Under the pieces are notes generated by a model. That model ran no database searches. It worked only from the letters and a program-made list of their open reading frames with translations, and was not told where the DNA came from. The position numbers were made by a program, and so were the translations under genes. A stretch of 43,472 bases of DNA from Oculatellaceae cyanobacterium bins.114 (lineage in GTDB: Bacteria > Cyanobacteriota > Cyanobacteriia > Elainellales > Elainellaceae). The stretch covers positions 1-43,472 of the forward strand of contig JANRJA010000125.1 of the NCBI GenBank assembly GCA_033764315.1, given 5' to 3'. This document shows positions 1-9,885 of this stretch, in pieces (positions within the stretch are counted from its first letter, which is position 1; each line of letters opens with the position of its first letter).

Positions 1-110
1 TAGAGGTTTTCCCGATTGCTTCACTTCAGGTCGGCTTTGAGCAATTAACCCGCAAGATGAATACGTTTATTTGTCCACTCGTACATGAGTTAAACCTGCA
101 ACTCATCTTT

Positions 111-476
111 TCATCTGCTTAGAGTGACCAAAGAGGGATATGCTTCACTACCTACTGCTAATGATGTGTCATCTACCAACTCTGAAAGCTGAGTCAACGC
201 CACCATAATTGGATACAACGCCTCAAACAACTGCACATCCTTCCGCAACTCCTCCAGGTCAAACGACCGTGGCAAAAAGTCCGGGTTCTGCGTCGCCACC
301 TCCAACGCCTTGCTGACAAATGCCCGACTCTTATCCCCCATCTTGGGTAGAGCTTTGCGCTCCACTGCATTCAAATCAATCAAAAATGGTAGCTTTGCTT
401 TAATGGTTGCGACGGCATCCATCACAGCATTGCGATCGCTCTGAGTCAATGCTGCACTAATTGGGCTGATGGTCAT
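111..476 (-). CDS. Conserved hypothetical protein, probably C-terminally truncated
   Basis: ATG at 476 preceded by GAGG. The sequence IKAKLPFLIDL..ERKALPKMGDKSRAFVSKALEVATQNPDFLPRSFD resembles a widespread hypothetical family; the ORF ends shortly after GSEAY. Confidence 0.7.
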   Translation of the reverse strand: MTISPISAALTQSDRNAVMDAVATIKAKLPFLIDLNAVERKALPKMGDKSRAFVSKALEVATQNPDFLPRSFDLEELRKDVQLFEALYPIMVALTQLSELVDDTSLAVGSEAYPSLVTLSR

Positions 477-606
477 ACAAAAATCCTCTAATGTGAGTAG
501 ATAGTTGTAGGGTGCCCAGAAGAAAAGAGGCGATCGCAGCAAGGGTTTGAGGCGACGCCATCAGAGCAAGGGAGAATTCCCCATAGAACTCTCCCTCAAT
601 CACTCG

Positions 607-3135
607 TTAGTGGGCGATCGCCCGTTCGGTGTCAGCAATTTCTAGACGAGTTTTGATCACGGTGTCTGGGTTCAAGCTGATCGAGTCAATCCCCAATTCC
701 ACTAAAAACCGCGCAAACTCAGGGTAATCACTGGGAGCCTGACCACAGATACCAATCTTGCGACCTGTTGCCTGTGCCCGTTGAATCACCTGACGCACCA
801 TTTTTTTAACCGCTTCGTTGCGTTCGTCAAAGATGTGAGCCACCAATGCCGAGTCGCGATCGAGCCCTAAGGTTAACTGAGTCAAGTCATTCGAGCCAAT
901 GGAGAAGCCATCAAACACTTCGGCAAACTCGTCTGCCAAAATCACATTACTAGGAATCTCGCACATGACATAAACTTGCAAGCCGTTTTCGCCCCGTTTG
1001 AGTCCATGCTTCTCCATTTCAGCTAAGACTTTGCGTCCTTCATCAGGAGTTCGACAGAAGGGAATCATAGGAATCACATTCGTTAATCCCATCTCATCTC
1101 GAACCCGCTTCAACGCTTTGCACTCCAGCCCATAGGCGGCTGCATAGTTGGGGTCGTAGTACCGAGATGCCCCCCGCCAACCAATCATTGGGTTTTCTTC
1201 TTGCGGTTCAAACTCACGACCACCGAGTAAGTTGGCATATTCATTACTCTTAAAGTCTGACATGCGGACGACCACTGGATTGGGATAGAATGCCGCTGCA
1301 ATCATGCCCACCCCGTTTGCCAACTTATCGACAAAGAAGTCGGCTTTGTCTTCATACAGACCTGTGAGTTGAGCAATTTCCCACTTTGCTGCTTTGTCTT
1401 GCAACTCGTCAAAGTGCATCAACGCCAATGGGTGAGCTTTGATGTGGTTCGCAATGATAAACTCCAGACGTGCCAGACCGACGCCATCACAGGGAATTGA
1501 GGACAGCCCAAACGCTTCTTCAGGGTTGCCCACATTCATCAAAATCTTGGTGCGTGTGACAGGCAGGCTGTCTAACTGAGTCTCTTGAATTTCAAAGGGC
1601 ACTAGTCCGGCATAGACTCTGCCTGCTTCGCCTTCTGCACAAGAAACAGTGACCTCTTGCCCCGTTTTGAGGAGACCCGTAGCATTGCCACACCCTACGA
1701 TCGCCGGAATGCCCATCTCACGAGCAATAATCGCCGCATGACAGGTGCGTCCACCCTGATTAGTGATAATGGCACTCGCTTTCTTCATGATCGGTTCCCA
1801 GTCAGGGTCAGTCTTGTTGGTCACCAATACTTCACCCGATCGAAACTCTTCAATCTTGTGAACCTCTAAAATCACTCTGGCACTGCCCTGACCAATCATT
1901 TCACCCACGGCACGACCCGTCACTAACACGTCACCTGTGCCATTGAGTTTGTAAGATTTGAGGACACTGCCTGATTTTTGTGACTGCACCGTTTCTGGAC
2001 GAGCTTGCACAATAAACAGTTGGTTGGTCAACCCATCTTTTGCCCATTCAATATCCATAGGGCTATCGGTGCCCCGCACAGCGGAGTAGTGGTCTTCGAT
2101 AATGCAAGCCCACTCTGCCAACTTCAAGATCTCATCGTCGGTAATGGCAAATTGATGACGCTCATGTACAGAGACAGGAACGTTTTTGGTGAGTTTGCTG
2201 CCTCCCAGGTCATAGACCATTTTGATTTCTTTGCTGCCCAATCGCTTTTCCAGAATGGGACGAAAGCCTTGTTTGAGCGTGGGTTTAAACACAAAGTATT
2301 CATCGGGGTTGACAGCACCCTGCACCACGTTTTCACCCAACCCATAGGCAGCGGTGATTAAAGCCGCATTCTTAAAACCCGTCTCGGTGTCAATTGAGAA
2401 CATCACCCCAGAGGAGGCCAGGTCAGAGCGCACCATTTTTTGTACGCCAACAGAGAGTGCGACAGCAAAGTGGTCAAAGCCTTTGATCGTGCGGTAGGAA
2501 ATGGCGCGATCGGTAAACAGAGATGCAAAGCACTTGTGACAGGATTCTAGAACGCTTTGAATACCATGCACATTTAGATAGGTTTCCTGCTGCCCAGCAA
2601 AGCTAGCATCGGGCAAATCTTCAGCAGTTGCGCTCGATCGCACTGCTACGTCGATTTCATTGCTATAACGGCGGCATTCCTCTTGATCAGCGACATTGAG
2701 ACGATCACATAGGTCGTCCGCTGCACCATATCGCTCACACAATTTAATATAAGCATCGACGATCGCTGCTTCTAATTCCGCTGGAAAAGGCGTGTTTAGA
2801 ATCATCGAACGGGCTTGCCTACCCCGGTCTTGCAGGTTTCTCACGTCTTCAACATCTAAATCTGCAAATAACTGGCGCAACCGCTCATCTAGCCCTGCTC
2901 GTTGAATAAAGTAACGAAAGGCATAGGCTGTCGTCGCAAAGCCAGTGGGCACATTCACCCCTTTTGCAGTCAGTTGTTGAATCATCTCTCCGAGAGACGC
3001 ATTCTTGCCACCCACCAGGGGAATGTCCGCAATTCCAACCTGCTCAAACCAGAGTACGAGTGCGGTTTCTTTGAAATTTTGATCTAAGGTTGATTGTGAA
3101 GATGAGTTGGCTTCAGGTTTGTTGATGATATACAT
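607..3135 (-). CDS. ppsA: Phosphoenolpyruvate synthase (pyruvate,water dikinase)
   Basis: VGGKNASLGEM, VAVRSSATAEDLPDASFAGQQETYLN, phospho-His motif GGRTCHAAIIARE, FSIGSNDLTQL, GICGQAPSD. AGGAG precedes the ATG at 3135 (ORF track starts at 3156). Confidence 0.97.
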   Translation of the reverse strand: MYIINKPEANSSSQSTLDQNFKETALVLWFEQVGIADIPLVGGKNASLGEMIQQLTAKGVNVPTGFATTAYAFRYFIQRAGLDERLRQLFADLDVEDVRNLQDRGRQARSMILNTPFPAELEAAIVDAYIKLCERYGAADDLCDRLNVADQEECRRYSNEIDVAVRSSATAEDLPDASFAGQQETYLNVHGIQSVLESCHKCFASLFTDRAISYRTIKGFDHFAVALSVGVQKMVRSDLASSGVMFSIDTETGFKNAALITAAYGLGENVVQGAVNPDEYFVFKPTLKQGFRPILEKRLGSKEIKMVYDLGGSKLTKNVPVSVHERHQFAITDDEILKLAEWACIIEDHYSAVRGTDSPMDIEWAKDGLTNQLFIVQARPETVQSQKSGSVLKSYKLNGTGDVLVTGRAVGEMIGQGSARVILEVHKIEEFRSGEVLVTNKTDPDWEPIMKKASAIITNQGGRTCHAAIIAREMGIPAIVGCGNATGLLKTGQEVTVSCAEGEAGRVYAGLVPFEIQETQLDSLPVTRTKILMNVGNPEEAFGLSSIPCDGVGLARLEFIIANHIKAHPLALMHFDELQDKAAKWEIAQLTGLYEDKADFFVDKLANGVGMIAAAFYPNPVVVRMSDFKSNEYANLLGGREFEPQEENPMIGWRGASRYYDPNYAAAYGLECKALKRVRDEMGLTNVIPMIPFCRTPDEGRKVLAEMEKHGLKRGENGLQVYVMCEIPSNVILADEFAEVFDGFSIGSNDLTQLTLGLDRDSALVAHIFDERNEAVKKMVRQVIQRAQATGRKIGICGQAPSDYPEFARFLVELGIDSISLNPDTVIKTRLEIADTERAIAH

Positions 3136-3318
3136 ACTGTGCTCCTGACAACGCATTAAAGGGTGAGTTGTAGTAGGGATGGCACGCGATTTTAAAGAGA
3201 AGTTACAGCACTAAACTTGTACTGTTTGTAGCGATCTGCTGCTTGTGGCGATCTGCTTGTGGCGATCGCACTCCTGCAAACACAGGTGGTCTACAGTACC
3301 GACCCTACCGTGAATCAA

Positions 3319-3372
3319 GAATGAGGTGACTTGAATGAGGTGACTTGGATGGGGGATTTGAATGAGTTATTT
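3319..3372. repeat. Short tandem repeat upstream of ppsA (GAATGAGGTGACTT x2 plus two degenerate copies)
   Basis: gaatgaggtgactt gaatgaggtgactt ggatgggggattt gaatgagttattt read directly. Confidence 0.6.
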
Positions 3373-3452
3373 AGCACTCCAATCACCACCTCTTTTGGTA
3401 TAAGCGAATACTGTGAGGAACTTGTGAGGAAATATGCCGCTTGAGCCAAGTA

Positions 3453-3567
3453 ATACCAACTCCCTAAAGTAGTCTTACAGATGTCCCCTTCGACGACGCT
3501 CCGGGGACGTTGACTGAGCGCAGTCGAAAGCAAGCTGATCAGTAGCTCCAATTTGGAGAATAGGTAT
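3453..3567. mobile_element. MITE-like element with ATACC...GGTAT imperfect terminal inverted repeats and an internal palindrome
   Basis: Left end ataccaactccctaaa; reverse complement of right end atacctattctccaaa; internal ttcgacgacgctc...gagcgcagtcgaa inverted pair. Confidence 0.6.
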
Positions 3568-3615
3568 AACACTTGTACTGGCTCTGTAAATGGCTCTTAG
3601 TCGCAGTGGTCACTA

Positions 3616-6600
3616 CTACCACGGGCTACCCACAAGGGTAAAGCCAGCCCAGTAATAGGGATGGACAAAATCACGATTGCCGCGATCGCCCAGTGTATCG
3701 GGTAAATTTAAAGCAACATCTTCACCATCAGCATTGACAAAGATCAGGCGATCGCCCTGAACCCGCACTCTACCCTCTGCCATTGCCAATTGGGCCTGTC
3801 GCAGAGCTTCTGCCTTAATGGGTTGATGTCGCAACTCTTCATAAAACTCGGTCATCAACCCCAGGGTGCCCTCATCACTGATGCTCCACAGACTAGCTAG
3901 AGCCGTTTTGACTCCGGCTTGTACGGCCAACCCCGCAAAACCCAACTCGGCTGTTTCGCTGCCCAGTGCCATGCGACAAGCACTTAAGACCATCAGATCG
4001 ACGGGAGGGTCATTAAACCCAAGTGTGCGAATCTGGTCGAGCCGTAAGCGAGTATCGCTGAACTGAATATAGGAATTGGACAGATTGCCAGGGACAAACT
4101 CACCGTGGGTTGCCAGATGGACGATGCCAAAGGGACGTTCTAGTCGTGCTGCTTGCAATTGAGCAACTGTGAATTGGTTGCCTTCCAGGGTGCTAGTTTG
4201 TCCTTGCCACAAATCAGAAATTGCTTCTAGTTCAGCGGGAACAGCAGGCAGTGGATCTAACCCAAACCTTTGAAAGTTGGAAGTGCCTGCTGCTAACACA
4301 GAACTGTTGCGGATGTCTCGGTAACGAGTATCCACCAGGTTTAAGCTAGGTATCAATCCAAGGCTGTAATTTTGAATCAGAAAATCCTGTCCATCATGCA
4401 AGGCTGCTAGAGGAATGGTTCGCAGCCCCGAATCAAGAATAAAACCAATATTCTCGATTTCGTTGGCTTTTAGGTCAGCTTCCAGCGGCGTAATGATCCA
4501 TTCATAGAGTTGTTGTGCCGCAGGTAAGTAGGTGCGAGTTCGCACTAAACGGGGGTCAGTTACCGCTGCACGCAGTTGTTGAGAGGCTTGAATCACTCTG
4601 GCACGAGTGGCACCCTGAACCCGATGGTAGATTGTCTCTCCACTGGGGGTGACTAAGAGGAGGGTCAGTTCGTCGGTGTCTTGAGGGGCGATCGCCAGTG
4701 TTGGAGGTTGGGTTGGGTTGGGTCGATCGAGGTGACTGGTAAATTGCTGAGTGGCGATCGCCTCTTGTCGCTCAAATGTAGTGGCGATCGGCACATCAGC
4801 TGAGACAAAACTGACGTAAATCAGAGCGGGTTTAATCCCCGTTTGCTGTTGAATATTGAGCAGGCTGTCATGGGCTAGCGGTTCTTCAATGTCATATTCC
4901 TCTGCATATTCCTCTTCATAGTCATACTCATCGTCATCTCCACAATCAGCAAGCTCACACTCATCGGGGTCTGAATCATCTCCCCCTGTGATCAGTTGCA
5001 GATTACCCCGTGTAATGCTGCCCTCAAACGACTCCCCAACGCTAAAGGTGTCAACTCCATTGGTAATCGCGGCGGCTGTGCCGTTGATTCCAGTAAAGTC
5101 ACTGCCACTAAAGCTTGCCCCAATCACAAACGGTGTCTCGCCATTGCCCCCATGCCGAATGATCACCGTTCCGTTGCCGCTTCCTCCAGCCGCAGAAATG
5201 CTAGACAGTAGACCATTGCGATTGGTAAAAGAGCCTGTTGCCCGGAAGAACCGCTCTGTCGTGATATCAATGATTCCTCCTCTGCCAGTGCTGCTACCAC
5301 TGCTACTACTACTAGTACCGCCATCTGCATTGATGGAGGTCACTTGAATATCGCCATTGGGGTCAAGGGTGACGTTGCCACCATCGCCAAAGGGATTGCT
5401 CGTGTCGATGATTCCGGTGGTGATTGCCTCTCTAGCCGTGATGGTGATATTGCCAGGACTGGCTGCCGCTCTCAAATCACCGGTTGTGACTGAACCAGTT
5501 TGAGAGGTGAGTGTGATTGAGCTGTTATCAGTACTGGAAGTCGTAATATTTCCGACCCGAATATTTTGATTCGCTTCAACTTCAATTTGAATAGCTGCCA
5601 AAGTTGAGCCGATAGAGGTAATGGGGCTAGAGGTAATATTGCCTGTCAAATTGACTGTGGTTCCTGTGAGCCGCAATATACCACCGTAGCCTTCAATGTT
5701 CCCTGCAAATGGTGTATCAGTTGTGAATTGGAAAGTGTCATCTCCTGCTGAACCGCTTAATTCCTGAAAGTTAGTGAAGTCAGTGCGGTTTACAGAGCCA
5801 GCATTTGAACCTGTAATCACCCAGTTATTGTTCTCGTTACTACCAAAACCTCCTCCAACAAGGGTATTGGTGCCATCCCCTCCAGAGATAGCCCCTGTGA
5901 CAAAGCCACTGGAGCTTAAGGTAAATTCATCATTCCCGGATGAACCATTCAAGAGTTGGAATCCAGTGAAGTTGATGAGATTTAGAGAGCCAGCATTTCG
6001 ACCTGTGATAGTCCAGGAATTAATAGAGGAACCTTCTGCTGTCAGAGTGTTTGTACCACCCCCTCCAGAAAGGGTGCCAAAAATGCTGCCACCCTCCTCC
6101 ACCGTGAAGCTATCATCTCCGCCGCCTCCCTGGAGGTCGGAGACTGAGGTAAACCGAATGCCATTAACAGTTCCAGTCTCAACTCCTGTAATTCTCCAAA
6201 CGTTGTCGCTAGAACCGCCGCTGAGTGTAGAAACGCCCTGTACGGACGTAGAGGATGGCACGGAAGGATTGTTACTTTCAACCGTTACCGTATTGCTGCC
6301 ATCAGCTCGCCCGATTAACAGAGAAGTAGTAGCAGTGATATTTTGCAGGTCACTGTTGAGGAGATCTAAAGTGTCAGAGCCGCTGTCTGTGGTGCCACCG
6401 AGGGCGATCGCCTGAGTCGTCGTTCCAGGTTGCAAGGTGACAGTCGTCCCCGTCAGAGAACCCAGTAAATCAATTTCACCCGCTGTCAGGCGAATGTCTC
6501 CTCCTCGAATCGTCCCTCTGGAAATCAGGTTACTGTCGTTGACATTGACCGTTACGTCACCAGACCCTGCATCCAAACGTCCGGGTGTGGCGGTTGCTGA

Positions 6601-8931
6601 AATATAGATCGTCAGTCCCGAATTGGCTCCTGAACCGTTGAGGGCGATCGCACCTCCGTTAGTGGTGATGGGGCTGTCGATCGCCAATCCATCTGGAAAT
6701 ACTTCACCTGTTCTGCCTCCGCTCGTCACAGTTCTGCCAGTACCCGTGCCTGTCGTCGTTCCCGTCAGGCTAATATTTCCTGTGCTTGCGTCAATGCTGC
6801 CATAGGTCAAAATTCCTTCATCCTGGGCACTGGTTCCCGTCAGGGTAATCGTGCCACTAGTAGAGGTGATGTCTCCATCGAAACCCAGTTCAACTCCCCT
6901 GAGTGTGAAATCACCGCTAACCCCACTCCCAGTACTGGTTCCAAATAAGCTGATGTTTCCTGTCCCAGAGTTAATGGCTGAAGAGACGATAACTCCTGTC
7001 CCAAAGGCACTGTCTCCAGTCATGGTAATGTCACCATTGCCTGACGTAACAGATCCTGCAATGCTGATGCCTCGCGGTGACTGATTGGGATCATTTCCAG
7101 TACTGGTTCCTCTCAGGATAATGGCTCCTCCCCCGGAGTTAATCGCTGCCTGCGTAAGAATTCCGTCATTAATGGCACTGGTTCCTGTAAAAGTAATTGC
7201 GCCACCTCCTGAATCAATCGTTGCCGCTCCAAGTGTTCTAATGCCTTGTGCAGAGGAGGCACCTGCAGTTCCTGTGACGGTGATATTACCCCCTTGAGTT
7301 GAGATGGGTTGACGAAGGATGGCTGGACCCGTCGCCAGGAGAGAGAGTGCGCCCCCACTGGTTGTAATGGGTGAACTGACATCGATTGTGTTGGCTTCTA
7401 CCGTCAACCCTACTCCAGGTATGGTGTTAATTGGGGCATTAAATAAAATCAGGTTGGTTGCCTGCAACACTACATTAGTAAGCGCATTATTAATCGTGCC
7501 GTTATTAATGGTGTTCCTGAATCCCGGAGGGTTGGTGTCCGGATCAGCAAACTGGTCGTTAGCGGCGAGTTGTGGGGGTAAATTTGCGCCTACCACAACT
7601 TCAATATCGGTGGGATCTAGCAGCAACGTTCCCACCTGTCCTAAGGGGGCTGTCAGATCCGCAACGCCAGTAAAATCGAGATAGTTCAACCCAGACACTT
7701 CAGCAAAGCCCCCATTGCCGCCGAGGTTGCCGCCCCGAGCCGTCAAGCTGCCATAAAAGCGAGTAGCGTCATCAGCCCAGGTGATGATGCGTCCGCCATC
7801 GCCTTGATTGATGGCATTCGCCGTGATTTGAGAATCAGCACTGACATAGGTACGAGAGGCATTAAACACTGTGCCCTGTCCCTGATAGTCGCCGCCAATC
7901 CGAACCGTACCGCCACCATCGGTTCCAGAGGCATCCAGGTTGGCATTAAGCAGGGCAACGCGATCGCCCAACACATTAATTTGGGGAATCGAAGAGACGC
8001 GATTAGTCACGTCTGTGCGGATGGAGGTATCGAGTGTACCAGAGGCGATGGTTGTTCCGGGTTGGACGGGAACGCTAGTCCCACCCAATTGAATCGTGCC
8101 ATCAGGATTCGTGACGATCGCTGTTGCGGTGGCGATCTCTCCCCCGGTTAACAACTCTGGCAGCGACAGAGGCGAAAATGGCAAGGGATTGATGCCAGCC
8201 TCCCAACTGCCATTGGGTGAGTCTAACTCTAAGCTGAGCAGACTCCCTTCTTGACTGACCCGTAACCGATTGACTCCGGGAATAGCGGCTAAGGTGATCG
8301 TTCCTCCCGGTGCCGATATCGTTCCAGTGTTAACAACTGTTCCCCCAATCAGACCGACACTTTCACCGGGATTCACAGCCAGGTTGCCTGCATTGACGAT
8401 TGCCCCAGCTTGACTCAGGGTAAAGGCAAAACTATCAGGATCGCCGATCAGTGCTGCATAGTTGTTAGAGCCAACGGCATTGAACGTGTTGTTGCCAAAG
8501 CCGATTCCGGTTGCAGTAGTGGCGTAAAAGGAAGCTGGGAGATCTAAGCGGGCATTGGCTCCAAACAAAATTCCTGCTGGATTAAGCAGATATAAATTAG
8601 AGTTGCCGCCAGTGACTTGCAATAAGCCATCGATGAGAGAGGCTTGTCCTCCGGTGACACGTCCCAAAATGTTTTGAATGTCAGGACGCGAGACAAAGGA
8701 GGCAATTTCTGCGGCACTCAAGCCAAACCGCTCAAAACTGTGAAACAAATTGTTGCCAGATTGCGTTCCGCCTGTGATGGTGAAGCGGCTTCCATCCTGA
8801 TCAACCACTGTTCCAGCACTGTTGGGTTCAGACCTGACTGATTGCGCTTGCACTGGCAGTGCTGTTAGTAGGGGCAATATTCCACACGAGACAAGACTGA
8901 GGAACCAGAGGCGGGAGGCGATCGCAGACAT
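3616..8931 (-). CDS. Filamentous haemagglutinin N-terminal (TPS) domain protein with C-terminal CHAT (caspase/HetF-like) protease
   Basis: Signal peptide ending VQAQ; TPS motifs NLFHSFERF and NLYLLNPAGILFG; long Gly/Thr/Ser beta-helix repeats; CHAT dyad IVHLATHG and LMVLSACRMALG; C-terminal HPYYWAGFTLVGSPW. Start ATG 8931 preferred over 8961. Confidence 0.92.
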   Translation of the reverse strand: MSAIASRLWFLSLVSCGILPLLTALPVQAQSVRSEPNSAGTVVDQDGSRFTITGGTQSGNNLFHSFERFGLSAAEIASFVSRPDIQNILGRVTGGQASLIDGLLQVTGGNSNLYLLNPAGILFGANARLDLPASFYATTATGIGFGNNTFNAVGSNNYAALIGDPDSFAFTLSQAGAIVNAGNLAVNPGESVGLIGGTVVNTGTISAPGGTITLAAIPGVNRLRVSQEGSLLSLELDSPNGSWEAGINPLPFSPLSLPELLTGGEIATATAIVTNPDGTIQLGGTSVPVQPGTTIASGTLDTSIRTDVTNRVSSIPQINVLGDRVALLNANLDASGTDGGGTVRIGGDYQGQGTVFNASRTYVSADSQITANAINQGDGGRIITWADDATRFYGSLTARGGNLGGNGGFAEVSGLNYLDFTGVADLTAPLGQVGTLLLDPTDIEVVVGANLPPQLAANDQFADPDTNPPGFRNTINNGTINNALTNVVLQATNLILFNAPINTIPGVGLTVEANTIDVSSPITTSGGALSLLATGPAILRQPISTQGGNITVTGTAGASSAQGIRTLGAATIDSGGGAITFTGTSAINDGILTQAAINSGGGAIILRGTSTGNDPNQSPRGISIAGSVTSGNGDITMTGDSAFGTGVIVSSAINSGTGNISLFGTSTGSGVSGDFTLRGVELGFDGDITSTSGTITLTGTSAQDEGILTYGSIDASTGNISLTGTTTGTGTGRTVTSGGRTGEVFPDGLAIDSPITTNGGAIALNGSGANSGLTIYISATATPGRLDAGSGDVTVNVNDSNLISRGTIRGGDIRLTAGEIDLLGSLTGTTVTLQPGTTTQAIALGGTTDSGSDTLDLLNSDLQNITATTSLLIGRADGSNTVTVESNNPSVPSSTSVQGVSTLSGGSSDNVWRITGVETGTVNGIRFTSVSDLQGGGGDDSFTVEEGGSIFGTLSGGGGTNTLTAEGSSINSWTITGRNAGSLNLINFTGFQLLNGSSGNDEFTLSSSGFVTGAISGGDGTNTLVGGGFGSNENNNWVITGSNAGSVNRTDFTNFQELSGSAGDDTFQFTTDTPFAGNIEGYGGILRLTGTTVNLTGNITSSPITSIGSTLAAIQIEVEANQNIRVGNITTSSTDNSSITLTSQTGSVTTGDLRAAASPGNITITAREAITTGIIDTSNPFGDGGNVTLDPNGDIQVTSINADGGTSSSSSGSSTGRGGIIDITTERFFRATGSFTNRNGLLSSISAAGGSGNGTVIIRHGGNGETPFVIGASFSGSDFTGINGTAAAITNGVDTFSVGESFEGSITRGNLQLITGGDDSDPDECELADCGDDDEYDYEEEYAEEYDIEEPLAHDSLLNIQQQTGIKPALIYVSFVSADVPIATTFERQEAIATQQFTSHLDRPNPTQPPTLAIAPQDTDELTLLLVTPSGETIYHRVQGATRARVIQASQQLRAAVTDPRLVRTRTYLPAAQQLYEWIITPLEADLKANEIENIGFILDSGLRTIPLAALHDGQDFLIQNYSLGLIPSLNLVDTRYRDIRNSSVLAAGTSNFQRFGLDPLPAVPAELEAISDLWQGQTSTLEGNQFTVAQLQAARLERPFGIVHLATHGEFVPGNLSNSYIQFSDTRLRLDQIRTLGFNDPPVDLMVLSACRMALGSETAELGFAGLAVQAGVKTALASLWSISDEGTLGLMTEFYEELRHQPIKAEALRQAQLAMAEGRVRVQGDRLIFVNADGEDVALNLPDTLGDRGNRDFVHPYYWAGFTLVGSPW
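7991..8016. repeat. REP-like palindrome embedded in frame in the TPS-CHAT gene
   Basis: gaagagacgcgattagtcacgtctgt matches intergenic 23563-23588 at 24 of 26 positions. Confidence 0.65.
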
Positions 8932-9088
8932 AAACACCCTCACTATTTTTAAGAAACACACGTTTTAGGAAGCACACGGCTCAATCTTGAAATCTCTCAC
9001 CCTAGTTTTCTATTGCAGGAGAGGCAACAGAAACTTTAAAGCCCTTTTTCTCCAAAAGAAAGGTTGGATGAAGGTAAATGATCCATGC

Positions 9089-9865
9089 CTATCGAGCAGA
9101 ACAGGTTAAGTTAGACTGAGAGGCGATCGCCTCTAGCCCAATCTCGGTTAGGGTCTGATTCCACTTTGTGGTGATCAAATGGTTAGGAGACAGTTGTCTT
9201 GGAGAGGACTGGCAATACGCTGTTCCCAGGGCAGTCATAAATTCGCTCCAGAGTCCGGCTTGTTGGTAAGCGGCGAGTTGGTTTTCTAGTGAAGTTCCGG
9301 TGACAGGGGTTGCGATCGCGGGTGGTGCAATTCGGGATAGTTCCACTTCTGCCACTTTGTTACTAGAGACATCAGTCGAATCACACTGCACCACTAGCAG
9401 CCAGCGATGAGTTGTGCCCACAGTGAGAGCAGGTTCACTATTGGGGAGTCGAATACTAACAATTCCAGCAGGGGTTGGGGGCAAAGATAGAACCTCACGC
9501 TGAGTGTAATAAATGCGACCCGTAGATGGGTCACTGCCGGGTTCGGGTTCTTCGAGCCACAGGGAGGCACTCACAGAGTTGCTAATGGCGTAGGGCACAT
9601 AAAACCAGAGGGTTGGGTGATCTGAAGCGGTTGTGCCTTGAGCAATCAGAGTGCCGTTGGCATCCTGTAGCGGCACCAGGGCAGTTAAAGGAATATCAAC
9701 GTTAGGGCAACTGCCAGCTCGCTGTCCACCCCCTCTGCGATTGCCACTGGGAACTCCCCAGCCCGATGCCATTAAGATAGGTGGTGCAACCTGTGCCAAA
9801 ACAGGGGGAGCTACAACCAAGATTGATAGGAAACAAGTGAGTACCCGTGTTTTCCAGGGGCGCAT
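9089..9865 (-). CDS. DUF928 family exported protein
   Basis: Signal peptide ending VLAQ; RRGGGQRAGSC..PLTALVP, TTASDHPTLWFYVPY, GIVSIRLP, YQQAGLW motifs; typical location between CHASE2 and CHAT genes. Confidence 0.88.
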   Translation of the reverse strand: MRPWKTRVLTCFLSILVVAPPVLAQVAPPILMASGWGVPSGNRRGGGQRAGSCPNVDIPLTALVPLQDANGTLIAQGTTASDHPTLWFYVPYAISNSVSASLWLEEPEPGSDPSTGRIYYTQREVLSLPPTPAGIVSIRLPNSEPALTVGTTHRWLLVVQCDSTDVSSNKVAEVELSRIAPPAIATPVTGTSLENQLAAYQQAGLWSEFMTALGTAYCQSSPRQLSPNHLITTKWNQTLTEIGLEAIASQSNLTCSAR

Positions 9866-9885
9866 AATGTTAAACCTCAGTGACG

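Noticed and set aside
3315..3572. 85-aa ORF upstream of ppsA (similarly ORFs 14009-14203 and 14125-14379)
   Set aside because: They translate tandem repeats and MITE sequence.
4988..8151. Several + strand ORFs antisense to the TPS-CHAT gene
   Set aside because: Shadow ORFs from Gly/Thr/Ser codon bias; no recognisable motifs.
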